A DNA stretch of 32,000 nucleotides from Chlamydiota bacterium (lineage in GTDB: Bacteria > Auribacterota > JACPWU01). Position numbers and translations under genes: made by a program. The stretch is taken from NCBI GenBank assembly GCA_016196885.1, contig JACPWU010000038.1:55895-87894 (forward strand). The letters are read 5' to 3'. The notes below the pieces were generated by a model that made no database searches, was not told where the DNA came from, and was given only the letters and a program-made list of their open reading frames with translations. Each line of letters opens with the position of its first letter. The first letter of the stretch is position 1. This document shows, piece after piece, positions 16,182 to 25,813 of the stretch.

Positions 16182-18284
16182 ATGCCTGTTGCAACGTTCG
16201 TTAAGAAAGATGAAAAAACCTTGGAAATGTCCTGCCAATACGTCAAAGGGGTGGGACCGAAGCGGGCGCTTTTGTTCAAGAAAATCGGTTTAGAAACGGT
16301 TGCCGATCTTTTGTATTTCCCGCCGCGGCGTTATGAAGATCGTAGAACTTTAGTCCCCATTGGAAAACTGAAGGTGGGTGAATTTCAGACGACGCAAGGG
16401 CGGGTGGTGGCTTCTGGGATTAAAGAGACTCGCCAGCGCTTTCGGCTTTTTCAATTGGCCATCGAGGATAGAAGCGGGGTTCTTTTCGCCACGTGGTTTA
16501 ATCAGCCTTATCTCAAGGACCGTTTCAAAGTGGGGGATCACGTTATTTTAAGCGGCAAGGTTCAATGGTACGGCCGCGATCTTCAGATGATGTCTCCAGA
16601 TTATGAAATATTGATCGGCGATGAAACGGATCTCCTCCATACCGGACGCATTGTCCCCGTTTATCCTTTAACAGAAGGGATGTATCAAAGATCCGTTCGA
16701 GCGATCCTCAAAAATACACTCGATCAATATTTGAATGACCTCCCAGAATTCCTACCTTCAGAAATTTTAGAAAAACATGAATTGATCAATTTAAAAGATG
16801 CCATTCATGCGCTTCATTTTCCTGAGGATCTGGAGGTCTTGAAAAAGGCCCGTTATCGGCTCAGCTTCGAAGAATTTTTAATTTTGCAATTGGGCCTCAA
16901 AATAGGACAGAAAAAAGAGGTCTCTCTCTGCAGAGAAAGGGCGTATCATGACCTCCCTCATCTCACTGGGGAATTCACACGCTTCCTGCCTTTTACCTTA
17001 ACGGGGGCTCAAGGAAGAGTTCTCACCGAAATTGCTTCCGACCTTGAGAAAAATCAGCCGATGAATCGCCTGCTTCAAGGCGATGTGGGATCTGGAAAGA
17101 CTCTGGTCGCTTGTGCGGCCCTCTATCTTGCGATTCAAAATGGTTCTCAGGGTGTTTTGATGGTCCCCACAGAAGTTTTGGCCGAGCAGCATACAGCCAC
17201 ATTGGAAAAGGTTTTCACCCCTCATCAAATTCGTGTCGAAAGTCTGGTGGGGGATGTGAAGGCCCGAGAGAAAAAAGAAATTTTTGCCGCTCTTGCCGAC
17301 GGACGGATCCAAATGCTGGTGGGAACCCACGCCCTTTTGGAAGAGAAAGTTGCTTTTCACCGCCTGGGAATGGTGGTGATTGATGAGCAGCATAAATTTG
17401 GGGTGATGCAGCGCTTGGTGCTTCGGCAAAAGGGATTTCGGCCCGATGTTCTGGTGATGACTGCAACGCCCATTCCGAGAACACTGGCCTTGACCGTCTA
17501 CGGAGACCTGGACGTTTCGGTTTTGGATGAAATGCCGCCCGGTCGCCACAAGGTAGAGACTTATTGGATTCGGAAAAATAAATTAAACGACGCCTATCAT
17601 TTCATTCAGCAGCAAATTCAAAAAGGGGGACAGGCCTTTATCATTTATCCCTTGGTTGAAGAATCTGAAAAAAAGGCCTTCAAGGCCGCTGCTCAGATGT
17701 TCCGTCATCTTTCCCAGGACATCTTTAAAGGGTTTCGTCTGGGCTTGATCCATGGCCGCATGAGGGCCTTTGAAAAGAATAAAGTTCTTTATCAGTTTCG
17801 GGATCAAGAACTGGATGTACTGGTTTCTACCACCGTGATTGAAGTGGGTGTGGATATCCCCAACGCAAATGTGATGTTGATTGAAAATGCAGAGGCCTTT
17901 GGACTGGCTCAATTGCATCAACTGAGGGGCCGCGTCGGGAGAGGCTCCCGCAAATCCTACTGCGTGTTGGAAGGGGATCCCAAGACAGAAGAAGGTGTCA
18001 AGCGGCTTCAAACCATGGTGGATACGCAAGATGGTTTTAAGATTGCCGAGGCCGATTTAAGCATTCGAGGTCCTGGAGAATTCTTAGGGACCCGTCAGCA
18101 TGGGCTCCCGGAGATTCGATTTGGAAATTTGCTGACGGATGTGGACATCATTCAACAGGCCCGTCAAGAGGCCCAGATTCTTTTAGAAAAAGACCCTGTC
18201 TTAAAATCTTTTCAGCATCAGGGCTTGAGAGAAAAGGTGGAAAAGAGATTTCTAGAGAAGTCTTTGTTCTTGAAGGCGGGGTAA
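16182..18284 (+). CDS. recG: ATP-dependent DNA helicase RecG
   Basis: N-terminal wedge/OB region. Helicase motifs GDVGSGKT, DEQHKFG, MTATPIPRTL and QLHQLRGRVGRG. Confidence 0.93.
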   Translation: MPVATFVKKDEKTLEMSCQYVKGVGPKRALLFKKIGLETVADLLYFPPRRYEDRRTLVPIGKLKVGEFQTTQGRVVASGIKETRQRFRLFQLAIEDRSGVLFATWFNQPYLKDRFKVGDHVILSGKVQWYGRDLQMMSPDYEILIGDETDLLHTGRIVPVYPLTEGMYQRSVRAILKNTLDQYLNDLPEFLPSEILEKHELINLKDAIHALHFPEDLEVLKKARYRLSFEEFLILQLGLKIGQKKEVSLCRERAYHDLPHLTGEFTRFLPFTLTGAQGRVLTEIASDLEKNQPMNRLLQGDVGSGKTLVACAALYLAIQNGSQGVLMVPTEVLAEQHTATLEKVFTPHQIRVESLVGDVKAREKKEIFAALADGRIQMLVGTHALLEEKVAFHRLGMVVIDEQHKFGVMQRLVLRQKGFRPDVLVMTATPIPRTLALTVYGDLDVSVLDEMPPGRHKVETYWIRKNKLNDAYHFIQQQIQKGGQAFIIYPLVEESEKKAFKAAAQMFRHLSQDIFKGFRLGLIHGRMRAFEKNKVLYQFRDQELDVLVSTTVIEVGVDIPNANVMLIENAEAFGLAQLHQLRGRVGRGSRKSYCVLEGDPKTEEGVKRLQTMVDTQDGFKIAEADLSIRGPGEFLGTRQHGLPEIRFGNLLTDVDIIQQARQEAQILLEKDPVLKSFQHQGLREKVEKRFLEKSLFLKAG

Positions 18285-18836
18285 ATGAGAATCATCGCGG
18301 GGCTTGCCAAGGGCCGTCTTTTCAAAACAGTGCCGGGTTTGGACGTGAGACCTACGGCCGATCGGGTGAGGGAATCCATCTTTAATATTTTAGGCCCGCG
18401 AATGGAGGGCTCACGCGTCCTGGACCTTTTTGCGGGATCTGGAGCCTTGGGGTTGGAATCTCTTTCTCGCGGCGCTTCCTCGGCCATTTTTATTGAAAAG
18501 TCGAAACGGGCTGCGAGAGTCATTGAAAAAAATATTGTGGATCTCGGATTTGAAAGTGCTCGCGTCATGACCCTAGATGTTTTTCGCTCTATGAGTATTC
18601 TCTCGAAGAAGGAAGAAAGATTTGATTTCGTTTTTGCAGATCCTCCCTATCGTTTGTTTGATGAATCCTGGATTTTCGAGGTATGGAAGGTTGTTCAATC
18701 GCTTTTGGAGAGGGAGGGAATTTTTATTCTTGAACATCCCTCTCGTTGGACACCCCCTCAAAAGGTGGGGAATCTTGTGCTGAAAGATTCTAGGAAATAT
18801 GGACAAACACAAATAAGTTTCTTTACTCATTTTTAA
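18285..18836 (+). CDS. rsmD: 16S rRNA (guanine966-N2)-methyltransferase
   Basis: RPTADRVRESIFNIL, DLFAGSGALGLESLSRGA and ADPPY motifs. Confidence 0.88.
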   Translation: MRIIAGLAKGRLFKTVPGLDVRPTADRVRESIFNILGPRMEGSRVLDLFAGSGALGLESLSRGASSAIFIEKSKRAARVIEKNIVDLGFESARVMTLDVFRSMSILSKKEERFDFVFADPPYRLFDESWIFEVWKVVQSLLEREGIFILEHPSRWTPPQKVGNLVLKDSRKYGQTQISFFTHF

Positions 18837-18857
18837 TTAAATTTTAGAATAGATATA

Positions 18858-19340
18858 ATGAAAGCCATTTATCCAGGCAGTTTTGATCCCGTGACGTATG
18901 GGCATTTAGATGTCATTGGCCGGATCACGCGCATGTTTGGGTCCCTGATTGTGGCGGTTGCTCAGAATGATGAGAAAAGTCCTCTCTTCTCTCTTGAAGA
19001 GCGCCTCGAGATGATCCGCCAGTCGGTTCGGGGAATGAAGGGCGTCGAGATTCTGCACTTTGACACCTTGCTCATTGATTATTGTCAGAAAAATAAAATC
19101 AATGTGGTCATTCGTGGCTTGAGGGCGATCTCTGATTTTGAATATGAATTTCAGATGGCACTCATGAATAAAAAGCTTTCAGAGAAAATTGAAACCATTT
19201 TCATGATGCCCAGTGAGTCTTATTCTTATTTAAGTTCTCGAATGATGAAGGAGATTGTCGCCAAAGGAGGAAATGTCTCTGCTTTTGTGCCCCGTCATGT
19301 AGAGAGAGAGCTGAGGAAAAAGTTGTTGGAACCACGTTGA
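18858..19340 (+). CDS. coaD: phosphopantetheine adenylyltransferase
   Basis: YPGSFDPVTYGHLDVI and ISDFEYE motifs; 160 aa. Confidence 0.92.
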   Translation: MKAIYPGSFDPVTYGHLDVIGRITRMFGSLIVAVAQNDEKSPLFSLEERLEMIRQSVRGMKGVEILHFDTLLIDYCQKNKINVVIRGLRAISDFEYEFQMALMNKKLSEKIETIFMMPSESYSYLSSRMMKEIVAKGGNVSAFVPRHVERELRKKLLEPR

Positions 19341-19380
19341 TATTCTCCCCTTTTTAACCCAGGGTTTAAGGAAAAATTCC

Positions 19381-19908
19381 ATGAAAGTGTATGTGGACCG
19401 TATTCCAGAGGAAGGTCTTCTACTGGAAGGTGAAGAATCTGGGGAAATCGTGGATATGGGAGAAGGCCATGAAAAGTTCTCAGAAAATATTCTCGTCCGC
19501 CTTCATGTTTATAAAGTCTCTGGAAAATTAATTGTGACGGGAAGCCTTTCGACCCATGCCCTTCTTTCTTGTGGGCGGTGCCTGGAGGTATTTTCCTATC
19601 TTATTGATAATAAGAAGTTTACGTATGACTGTGACATTGAGGGTAGAGACATAATTGACTTGACAGAGCCCGTTCGGGAAGATATTATCATCGGCCTACC
19701 TGTCAGGCCCTTGTGTCGAGAAGGTTGTAGAGGCCTTTGCAATCGTTGTGGACAGAATTTGAATGTAAAAAAATGCAAATGCGATTTTCGAACACCTTTT
19801 TCAGCTGGGCCCTTTGATGTTTTGGATGATTTGCTGGAAAAGAAAAATTTAAAAATCAAAAATCAAATATCAAAATTAAGGAAAAAAAGTAAGAATCTTG
19901 ATAAATAA
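19381..19908 (+). CDS. DUF177/YceD family protein
   Basis: Canonical position upstream of rpmF. CxxC ... CREGCRGLCNRCGQNLN. The K-rich C-terminal tail is encoded by a repeat arm. Confidence 0.8.
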   Translation: MKVYVDRIPEEGLLLEGEESGEIVDMGEGHEKFSENILVRLHVYKVSGKLIVTGSLSTHALLSCGRCLEVFSYLIDNKKFTYDCDIEGRDIIDLTEPVREDIIIGLPVRPLCREGCRGLCNRCGQNLNVKKCKCDFRTPFSAGPFDVLDDLLEKKNLKIKNQISKLRKKSKNLDK

Positions 19909-19950
19909 ACTCACTTATTTTACATTTTGATTTTTGGATTTTGATATTGG
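19851..19950. repeat. heptad-arm hairpin (AAATCAA units versus TTTGATT units)
   Basis: The left arm lies inside the DUF177 3' end. The stop codon lies in the 47-nt loop. Confidence 0.65.
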
Positions 19951-19998
19951 GTTCTAGTCTATGAGGTTAGGGTAAAATTTACAAAAAAGGTGGTTTTT

Positions 19999-20181
19999 AT
20001 GGCGCTTCAAACCAATCGGCACAGCCGTTCAAGACGAGATAAGAAAAGAACACATTATAAATACATTCCCTTGCAGACAATGTCTTGTCCCAATTGTCAG
20101 CAGCCTGTGCTTCCTCATCGCGTTTGTTCAAACTGCGGCTATTATCAGGGGCGGCAAGTCCTTCAGGCGAAGGTGGGATAA
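19999..20181 (+). CDS. rpmF: 50S ribosomal protein L32
   Basis: MALQTNRHSRSRRDKKR N-terminus and a CPNC...CSNC zinc ribbon. Confidence 0.9.
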   Translation: MALQTNRHSRSRRDKKRTHYKYIPLQTMSCPNCQQPVLPHRVCSNCGYYQGRQVLQAKVG

Positions 20182-20188
20182 ATTCTGT

Positions 20189-20246
20189 CGTTCGTGACTC
20201 GTCGTTCGTTGTTCGTGTTTCGACGAGATACGAACAACAATCAACG
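20189..20246. repeat. heptad-arm hairpin (CGTGACT CGTCGTT CGTTGTT CGTGTTT versus ACGAACAACAATCAACG)
   Basis: About 18 of 23 positions pair. Same unit family as 16097-16170. Lies between rpmF and plsX. Confidence 0.7.
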
Positions 20247-20255
20247 GGGTTTTAA

Positions 20256-21281
20256 ATGAGCATTGCCATTGACGCAATGGGGGGGGATTATGCCCCGAAA
20301 GAAATTGTAGAAGGAACCATTCTTGCTGCTCAAGAAAGCTCAGGAAGACGCACCCTGATTCTCGTCGGTGACCCCAAACGCATTCATGAATTTTTAGATC
20401 CCCAGCAGGCCAAAGATTTAAACATCGAAATTCGTCCTGCCTCTGAAGTGATTCACATGCATGAAACACCGGTGGCGGGTCTCCGCAAAAAGAAGGATTC
20501 CTCCATTGCCAGGGCGGTGGAGCTTGTAAAAAAGGGTCAGGCGGAGGCAGTGGTTTCCGCGGGAAACACCGGCGCTTGCGTTGCGGCCACAAAATTAAAA
20601 TTGAGATTTTTGAAGGGGATTGACCGGCCTGCGATTGCGACGGTCATGCCCAATCTCTTCGGAACGAACATTCTCATTGATGCAGGGGCCACGGTGGACT
20701 GTAGCCCTGAACATTTGATTCAATTCGCCGTGATGGGGATGTGTTACGCCAAGTACGTTTTGAAAAAGGAAAATCCGAGAATCGGTTTACTGAATGTCGG
20801 AGAAGAGGAGTCTAAGGGCAATCATTTGACCAAGGAAACATTTAAGATTTTAAGAAAGACCTCTCTTAATTTTGTTGGGAATGTCGAGGGCCGAGATGTT
20901 TTTAGAAATGTGGCTGACGTGACTGTCACCGATGGTTTTGTTGGGAATGTGGCTTTGAAGGCGGCCGAGGGGAGTGCAAAGCTTCTTCAGAATTTTCTCA
21001 AGCAGGAGATCGTGAAATCCTGGCCTTCCAAACTCGGCGCTCTTTTGATGAAGAAATCTTTTGAAAGAATGAAACGGCGTTTGGATTATGCCGAATATGG
21101 TGGGGCCCCTCTTTTGGGAGTGGACGGTGTTTGCATCATTTCGCATGGCCGCTCCAATGCCAAGGCTATGAAAAATGCGATTCGGGTTGCCGATGAATTT
21201 ATTCAGAACAAGGTGAATCGGCATATTGAAGATGAAATGGATCGGGTTCATCGCTCTCTTTTAAATGAAGTTCCATCATGA
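20256..21281 (+). CDS. plsX: phosphate acyltransferase PlsX
   Basis: IAIDAMGGDYAP N-terminus and SAGNTGA motif, in rpmF-plsX-fabH synteny. Confidence 0.93.
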   Translation: MSIAIDAMGGDYAPKEIVEGTILAAQESSGRRTLILVGDPKRIHEFLDPQQAKDLNIEIRPASEVIHMHETPVAGLRKKKDSSIARAVELVKKGQAEAVVSAGNTGACVAATKLKLRFLKGIDRPAIATVMPNLFGTNILIDAGATVDCSPEHLIQFAVMGMCYAKYVLKKENPRIGLLNVGEEESKGNHLTKETFKILRKTSLNFVGNVEGRDVFRNVADVTVTDGFVGNVALKAAEGSAKLLQNFLKQEIVKSWPSKLGALLMKKSFERMKRRLDYAEYGGAPLLGVDGVCIISHGRSNAKAMKNAIRVADEFIQNKVNRHIEDEMDRVHRSLLNEVPS

Positions 21282-22252
21282 TTAATATCATTGGAACGGC
21301 CACTTATCTTCCCGAAAAAGTTCTCACCAATGACGATCTTCAAAAAATGGTCCAGACGAGTGACGAATGGATTGTGGAGCGTACCGGCATTCGTGAGCGG
21401 AGAATTGCCTCACAGGATGTTTACGCCTCGGATCTTGGAGCCGAGGCGGCCAAGAGGGCCTTGAAGGATGCAGGTGTCGAGGCCTCTAGAATTGATCTCC
21501 TGATTGTTGCCACCATGTCTCCGGACATGCTTTGTCCTTCTACGGCCTGTGTCATTCAGCAAAAAATAGAGGCTTGGAATGCGGCTGCTTTTGATCTGAG
21601 TGCGGCCTGCTCCGGATTTCTTTATGCCCTCGATGTCGCGAAAAAATTTTTGGAATCGGGCGAGTACAAAACCGCGCTCGTCATTGGGACAGAGAAATTG
21701 TCTTCCCTTGTCAATTGGAAAGATAGAACCACCTGTATTCTCTTTGGGGATGGGGCAGGCGCGGCCGTTTTAAAAAAAGGAGAGAAGGGCCATTCCATTT
21801 TAGGAATTTGGCTAGGTGCGGATGGCCGGGGCACAGATCTTCTTAAAATACCTGCTGGAGGCTCGATGCTTCCTGCCAGCCGCGAAACGGTGGATAAGGA
21901 TCAACATTGCATTCAAATGGATGGGAGGGAAGTTTACAAAAGGGCCATTGATGTGATGTGTAGGATTTCACAGGAAAGCCTTCAGAAATCTGGCCTTAAA
22001 AAGGAGGACATTCAACTCTTTGTGCCTCATCAGGCGAATAAGAGGATCATAGATTCTGTTGCGAAGAGACTCTCTTTCCCAGAGGAAAAAGTTTTTTTAA
22101 ATGTGGACCGCTATGGCAATACCTCCGCGGCCTCCATTATTCTTGCCCTAGACGATGCAAAAAGAGAAGGGCGCCTTCACAAAGGTGATCATGTCCTGAT
22201 CGCTGTTTTTGGGGCAGGGTTTACCTGGGGCGGGGCGGTCTTAAAATGGTAA
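21278..22252 (+). CDS. fabH: beta-ketoacyl-ACP synthase III
   Basis: SDEWIVERTGI, AACSGF (active Cys), HQAN and GNTSAAS motifs. Confidence 0.93.
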   Translation: MINIIGTATYLPEKVLTNDDLQKMVQTSDEWIVERTGIRERRIASQDVYASDLGAEAAKRALKDAGVEASRIDLLIVATMSPDMLCPSTACVIQQKIEAWNAAAFDLSAACSGFLYALDVAKKFLESGEYKTALVIGTEKLSSLVNWKDRTTCILFGDGAGAAVLKKGEKGHSILGIWLGADGRGTDLLKIPAGGSMLPASRETVDKDQHCIQMDGREVYKRAIDVMCRISQESLQKSGLKKEDIQLFVPHQANKRIIDSVAKRLSFPEEKVFLNVDRYGNTSAASIILALDDAKREGRLHKGDHVLIAVFGAGFTWGGAVLKW

Positions 22253-22256
22253 CAAA

Positions 22257-22396
22257 ATGTGAAATTCGAAATCCGAAATTCGAAGCACGAAATAAATTCA
22301 AAATTCGAATATTTAAAATATCAAAACGTTTAGAATTTTGAATTTGAGTTTTCAAATTTGTTTCGAATTTCGTGCTTCGGATTTCGAATTTCGCAT
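22257..22396. repeat. 140-nt extended heptad-arm hairpin between fabH and fabD
   Basis: The outer arms are near-perfect complements, apart from one extra GAAATTC unit in the left arm. Inner stem ATTCAAAATTC / GAATTTTGAAT. Confidence 0.85.
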
Positions 22397-22431
22397 GTAT
22401 TATCAACAATCAGTCAGTTTAAGGTTTTTAT

Positions 22432-23391
22432 ATGCAAAGGCATGTTTTTCTTTTCCCCGGTCAAGGTGCCCAATATGTTGGTATGGGACGAGATCTTTTT
22501 GAAAGGTATGAGGCTGTTCGTCGTATTTTTGCTCAGGCCAGTGAAATCCTAAAAGAAGATTTGACTAAAATTTGTTTTGAAGGGCCTGAGGAGACGCTTA
22601 CTTCGACCCGTATTTGTCAGAGCGCTATTTTTACCGTCAGTTTCGCTTGTTTAGAAGCTTTAAAGGTAGAGTGTCCTCACCTTGTTCCTGAGGCCGTCGC
22701 AGGTTTGAGTCTGGGGGAATTTACTGCGCTCACGGTCGCGGGCTCTCTCACTTTTGAAGAGGGGCTTCGCTTGGTTCAGGCGAGGGGTCGATTGATGCAG
22801 GAGGCGTGCCTTGAAAAAAAAGGGATCATGGCCTCGATTTTGGGGTTGGAGTATGAGAAGGTGAAAGAGATTTGTTCTCGCATTCAAGATGCAGTGGTCA
22901 CCGTGGCCAATGTCAATTCTGACCAACAGGTGGTGGTGAGCGGTGATCCCCAGGGGGTCGAAAAGGCTCTTGAGGAGGCGAAGAAGAGAGGGGCCCGCAG
23001 AGCTATTCTGCTTCAGGTGAGCGGGGCCTTTCATTCTCCTCTCATGCAGTCTGCCCGAGAAAAATTAGAAAAATTTTTGGAACATTTTGAGATTCGTCCT
23101 CCACAGAAAATTTTTATTTCCAATGTGAAGGGGGAAGGCGTCGAAGATCCTCAAGAAATTCGTAAGCTTTTGGTTGCTCAAGTGACAGACCCTGTTCTTT
23201 GGAGTCAAGGAATTCAATATTTAATTCAAAAAGGTTTCAGTTCCTTTATCGAGGTGGGATGTGGTAGAGTTCTTTCCGGTCTTCAAAAAAAGATTGCACC
23301 GGATACGAAAATTCTCAATGTCGATGGTGTGGAGAGTCTAGAGAAAATGAAAAAGATAGTGGAAAGTGAAGAATGTAAAATGAAGAATTAA
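22432..23391 (+). CDS. fabD: ACP S-malonyltransferase
   Basis: FPGQGAQYVGMG, GLSLGEF (active Ser) and SGAFHSPLM motifs. Confidence 0.93.
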   Translation: MQRHVFLFPGQGAQYVGMGRDLFERYEAVRRIFAQASEILKEDLTKICFEGPEETLTSTRICQSAIFTVSFACLEALKVECPHLVPEAVAGLSLGEFTALTVAGSLTFEEGLRLVQARGRLMQEACLEKKGIMASILGLEYEKVKEICSRIQDAVVTVANVNSDQQVVVSGDPQGVEKALEEAKKRGARRAILLQVSGAFHSPLMQSAREKLEKFLEHFEIRPPQKIFISNVKGEGVEDPQEIRKLLVAQVTDPVLWSQGIQYLIQKGFSSFIEVGCGRVLSGLQKKIAPDTKILNVDGVESLEKMKKIVESEECKMKN

Positions 23392-23436
23392 AAACAGTGG
23401 ACATTTTTAATTTTGCACTTTTCATTTTTCATTGCT
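23365..23436. repeat. heptad-arm hairpin (AGTGAAG AATGTAA AATGAAG AATTAAA versus TTTTTAA TTTTGCA CTTTTCA TTTTTCA)
   Basis: About 23 of 32 positions pair. The left arm encodes the last residues of FabD. Confidence 0.6.
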
Positions 23437-23455
23437 TTTAGAAAGGAGTAAATCA

Positions 23456-24055
23456 ATGTTGCTTTCAGGTAAAAATGCGCTTGTGACCGGTGCGGCCCAA
23501 GGGATTGGCAAGGCCATTTCTCTGACCTTTGCAAAGGAAGGTGCGAATGTGGCTGTCTGCGATATGAATGAGGCTGTGGGCCAAGAGACGGTTCAAGAGA
23601 TTAGAGCGTTGGGGCAAAAAGCGGAATTTTATAAAGTGGACGTGTCTCGTTTTGAGGAAGTGAAAGAGGTGACGGACAAAGTCCTTGACAATTTTTCGAC
23701 CATTGATATACTCGTGAACAATGCTGGCATTACCCGGGACACACTTCTCATCCGGATGGAAGAAAAGGATTGGGATCTTGTCCTCAATGTTAACCTGAAG
23801 GGGACATTTAATTTCACAAAAGCGGTTGCACGATCGATGGTGAAGAATCGAACGGGCCGGGTGGTGAACATCGCTTCTGTGATTGGTCTCATAGGAAATG
23901 TGGGTCAAGCCAACTACGCAGCCTCGAAGGCAGGGGTTATTGCGTTAACGAAGTCGGTGGCCAAAGAGCTTGCTTCTCGTGGAATTACCGTCAATGCAGT
24001 TGCTCCGGGCTTTATTCAAACTGCCATGACGGATAAACTGCCCCGAAGAGATTAA
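23456..24055 (+). CDS. fabG: 3-oxoacyl-ACP reductase FabG; N-terminal about 200 aa as encoded, terminated early by a frameshift
   Basis: [15 protein letters not shown] and YAASKAG motifs. The frame ends DKLPRRD* just after a CCCC run at 24041-24044. Confidence 0.85.
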   Translation: MLLSGKNALVTGAAQGIGKAISLTFAKEGANVAVCDMNEAVGQETVQEIRALGQKAEFYKVDVSRFEEVKEVTDKVLDNFSTIDILVNNAGITRDTLLIRMEEKDWDLVLNVNLKGTFNFTKAVARSMVKNRTGRVVNIASVIGLIGNVGQANYAASKAGVIALTKSVAKELASRGITVNAVAPGFIQTAMTDKLPRRD

Positions 24056-24197
24056 GCAAGCGATGCTCAAACAAATTCCGATCGGCGCTTTTGGTTTACC
24101 TCAAGATGTGGCCAATGTGGTATTGTTTCTAGCCAGTGATTTGGCACGATATGTGAATGGACAGGTGATTCAAGTTTGTGGAGGCCTGGTGACTTAA
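24045..24197 (+). pseudogene. fabG: fabG 3' segment in the +1 frame ([50 protein letters not shown])
   Basis: Skipping one C of CCCC (24041-24044) restores a full-length protein of about 246 aa with a canonical FabG C-terminus. Confidence 0.85.
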
Positions 24198-24219
24198 AAA
24201 GAGAGAGGAGGGTCTTTGA

Positions 24220-24465
24220 ATGTCAGTCGAGGAGAAGGTTAAAAAAATCATTGTAGAACAGTTGGGGGTTAATCCAGAAGAAGTCACTCCTGAAGCGTCC
24301 TTTGTCGAAGATTTGGGGGCAGACTCCCTTGATACGGTAGAATTGGTCATGGCCTTCGAGGAGGAATTTGATGCAGAGATTCCGGATGAAGAGGCTGAGA
24401 AATTGAAGACCGTGGGAGACACCGTCCGATACATCGAAGAAAAGCAAAAGTCAAAGAGCGCTTAA
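24220..24465 (+). CDS. acpP: acyl carrier protein
   Basis: [19 protein letters not shown] phosphopantetheine attachment motif. Strong SD. Confidence 0.95.
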   Translation: MSVEEKVKKIIVEQLGVNPEEVTPEASFVEDLGADSLDTVELVMAFEEEFDAEIPDEEAEKLKTVGDTVRYIEEKQKSKSA

Positions 24466-24487
24466 TTGAGACGTTTTTGGGTTTAAT

Positions 24488-24540
24488 AAGGGCATTCCCC
24501 TCTTTTTCTGACAGAATAGATAAGGGAGTGCCCTTTTTGT
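24488..24540 (+). terminator. candidate intrinsic terminator/attenuator after acpP
   Basis: AAGGGCATTCCC (24488-24499) pairs with GGGAGTGCCCTT (24524-24535) with one mismatch, followed by a TTTTT tract. The loop is large, about 24 nt. Confidence 0.5.
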
Positions 24541-24564
24541 TTATACAAGGAAACCTAAAAAACT

Positions 24565-25809
24565 ATGCGAGATAGAAGAGTGGTTATTACTGGAATGGGG
24601 GTCATCAGTCCCAGTGGCACTGATCTTAAGAGCTTTTGGGATAATCTCATTCATGGCCGCAGTGCCGGGTGTCCCATTGAGACCTTTGATGTAAGCAAAT
24701 TCGATACCAAAATTGCTTGTATGGTGAAGGGATTTGACCCTTCTGTCTACATCGGTGCCAAAGAACTCAAGAGAATGGATCCCTTTGTTCGCTTCGCAGT
24801 AGCCGCAGCTAAAATGGCTTTGGACGATGCCCATTTTGAAATGGACAAGGTCAATGCCGATCGCGTCGGAGTGCTGGTGGGTTCGGGGATTGGAGGCATT
24901 ACGACGGTTGAAGAGCAGCACATGATCATGCTTGAAAAGGGGCCCTCTCGCATGTCTCCCTTTTTGATTCCCATGCTCATTGTGAACATGGCACCGGGCC
25001 AAATTTCTATTCAGACAGGTGCCAAGGGACCGAATTCTTGCATTGCCACTGCGTGTGCCACCTCTGCCCATGCGGTGGGAGAGGCGGCTCGTTTGATTTT
25101 GCATGGAGATGCGGACGCGATGATTGCAGGAGGGGCCGAGGCGGCGATTACGAATTTAGGTTTGGGCGGTTTTTGTGCGATGCATGCCTTGTCCACACGA
25201 AATGAAGATCCCAAGCGGGCGAGTCGTCCTTTTGACAAGGATAGAGATGGATTTGTCATGGGGGAAGGCGCAGGGATTTTGATTTTGGAAGAACTGGAGC
25301 ATGCCAAGAAAAGGGGTGTTCCCATTTATGCGGAATTAATGGGTTATGGCCTCACCGGCGACGCTTATCACATGACCGCTCCAGCTCCGGATGGAGAAGG
25401 TGCCACTCGCTGTATGAAAATGGCCTTGAAGGATGCCGAGATTGAGGCCAAGCAAGTGGATTACATCAATGCGCACGGCACTTCGACGCCCTTGAACGAC
25501 AAACTGGAGACTCAGGCGATTAAGGCTGTCTTTAAAGATGAAGCTTATCGCGTCCCCATCAGCTCTACAAAATCCATGATGGGGCATTTATTAGGGGCTT
25601 CTGGTTCTGTCGAGCTCATTGTCTGTACCATGGTGATCAATCACGGAATCATTCCCCCTACCATTAATTATGAAAATCCTGATCCCGATTGCGATCTCGA
25701 TTATGTCCCGAACAAGGCTCGCGAGGCCAAAGTCAATATTGCCCTTTCGAATTCACTGGGATTTGGCGGACATAACGCGACGGTCATTGTGAAGCGGTTC
25801 GAGGGATAG
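24565..25809 (+). CDS. fabF: beta-ketoacyl-ACP synthase II
   Basis: [10 protein letters not shown] (active Cys), HGTSTP and GFGGHNA motifs. Confidence 0.95.
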   Translation: MRDRRVVITGMGVISPSGTDLKSFWDNLIHGRSAGCPIETFDVSKFDTKIACMVKGFDPSVYIGAKELKRMDPFVRFAVAAAKMALDDAHFEMDKVNADRVGVLVGSGIGGITTVEEQHMIMLEKGPSRMSPFLIPMLIVNMAPGQISIQTGAKGPNSCIATACATSAHAVGEAARLILHGDADAMIAGGAEAAITNLGLGGFCAMHALSTRNEDPKRASRPFDKDRDGFVMGEGAGILILEELEHAKKRGVPIYAELMGYGLTGDAYHMTAPAPDGEGATRCMKMALKDAEIEAKQVDYINAHGTSTPLNDKLETQAIKAVFKDEAYRVPISSTKSMMGHLLGASGSVELIVCTMVINHGIIPPTINYENPDPDCDLDYVPNKAREAKVNIALSNSLGFGGHNATVIVKRFEG

Positions 25810-25813
25810 CTTT

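Noticed and set aside
16998-18029. Long antisense ORFs inside recG (16998-17549, 17583-18029, and others)
   Set aside because: They are entirely antisense to a strongly conserved helicase and have His/Arg/Gln-rich low-complexity translations. The same reasoning applies to antisense ORFs within the antiporter, fabF (24541-25104), fabG, plsX and the acyl-CoA dehydrogenase.
22221-22552. ORFs 22221-22409 (minus) and 22358-22552 (plus) in the fabH-fabD spacer
   Set aside because: Both are translations of the two arms of the 140-nt hairpin (FRISxFGFRIS-type low complexity). The plus-strand ORF runs out of frame into fabD.
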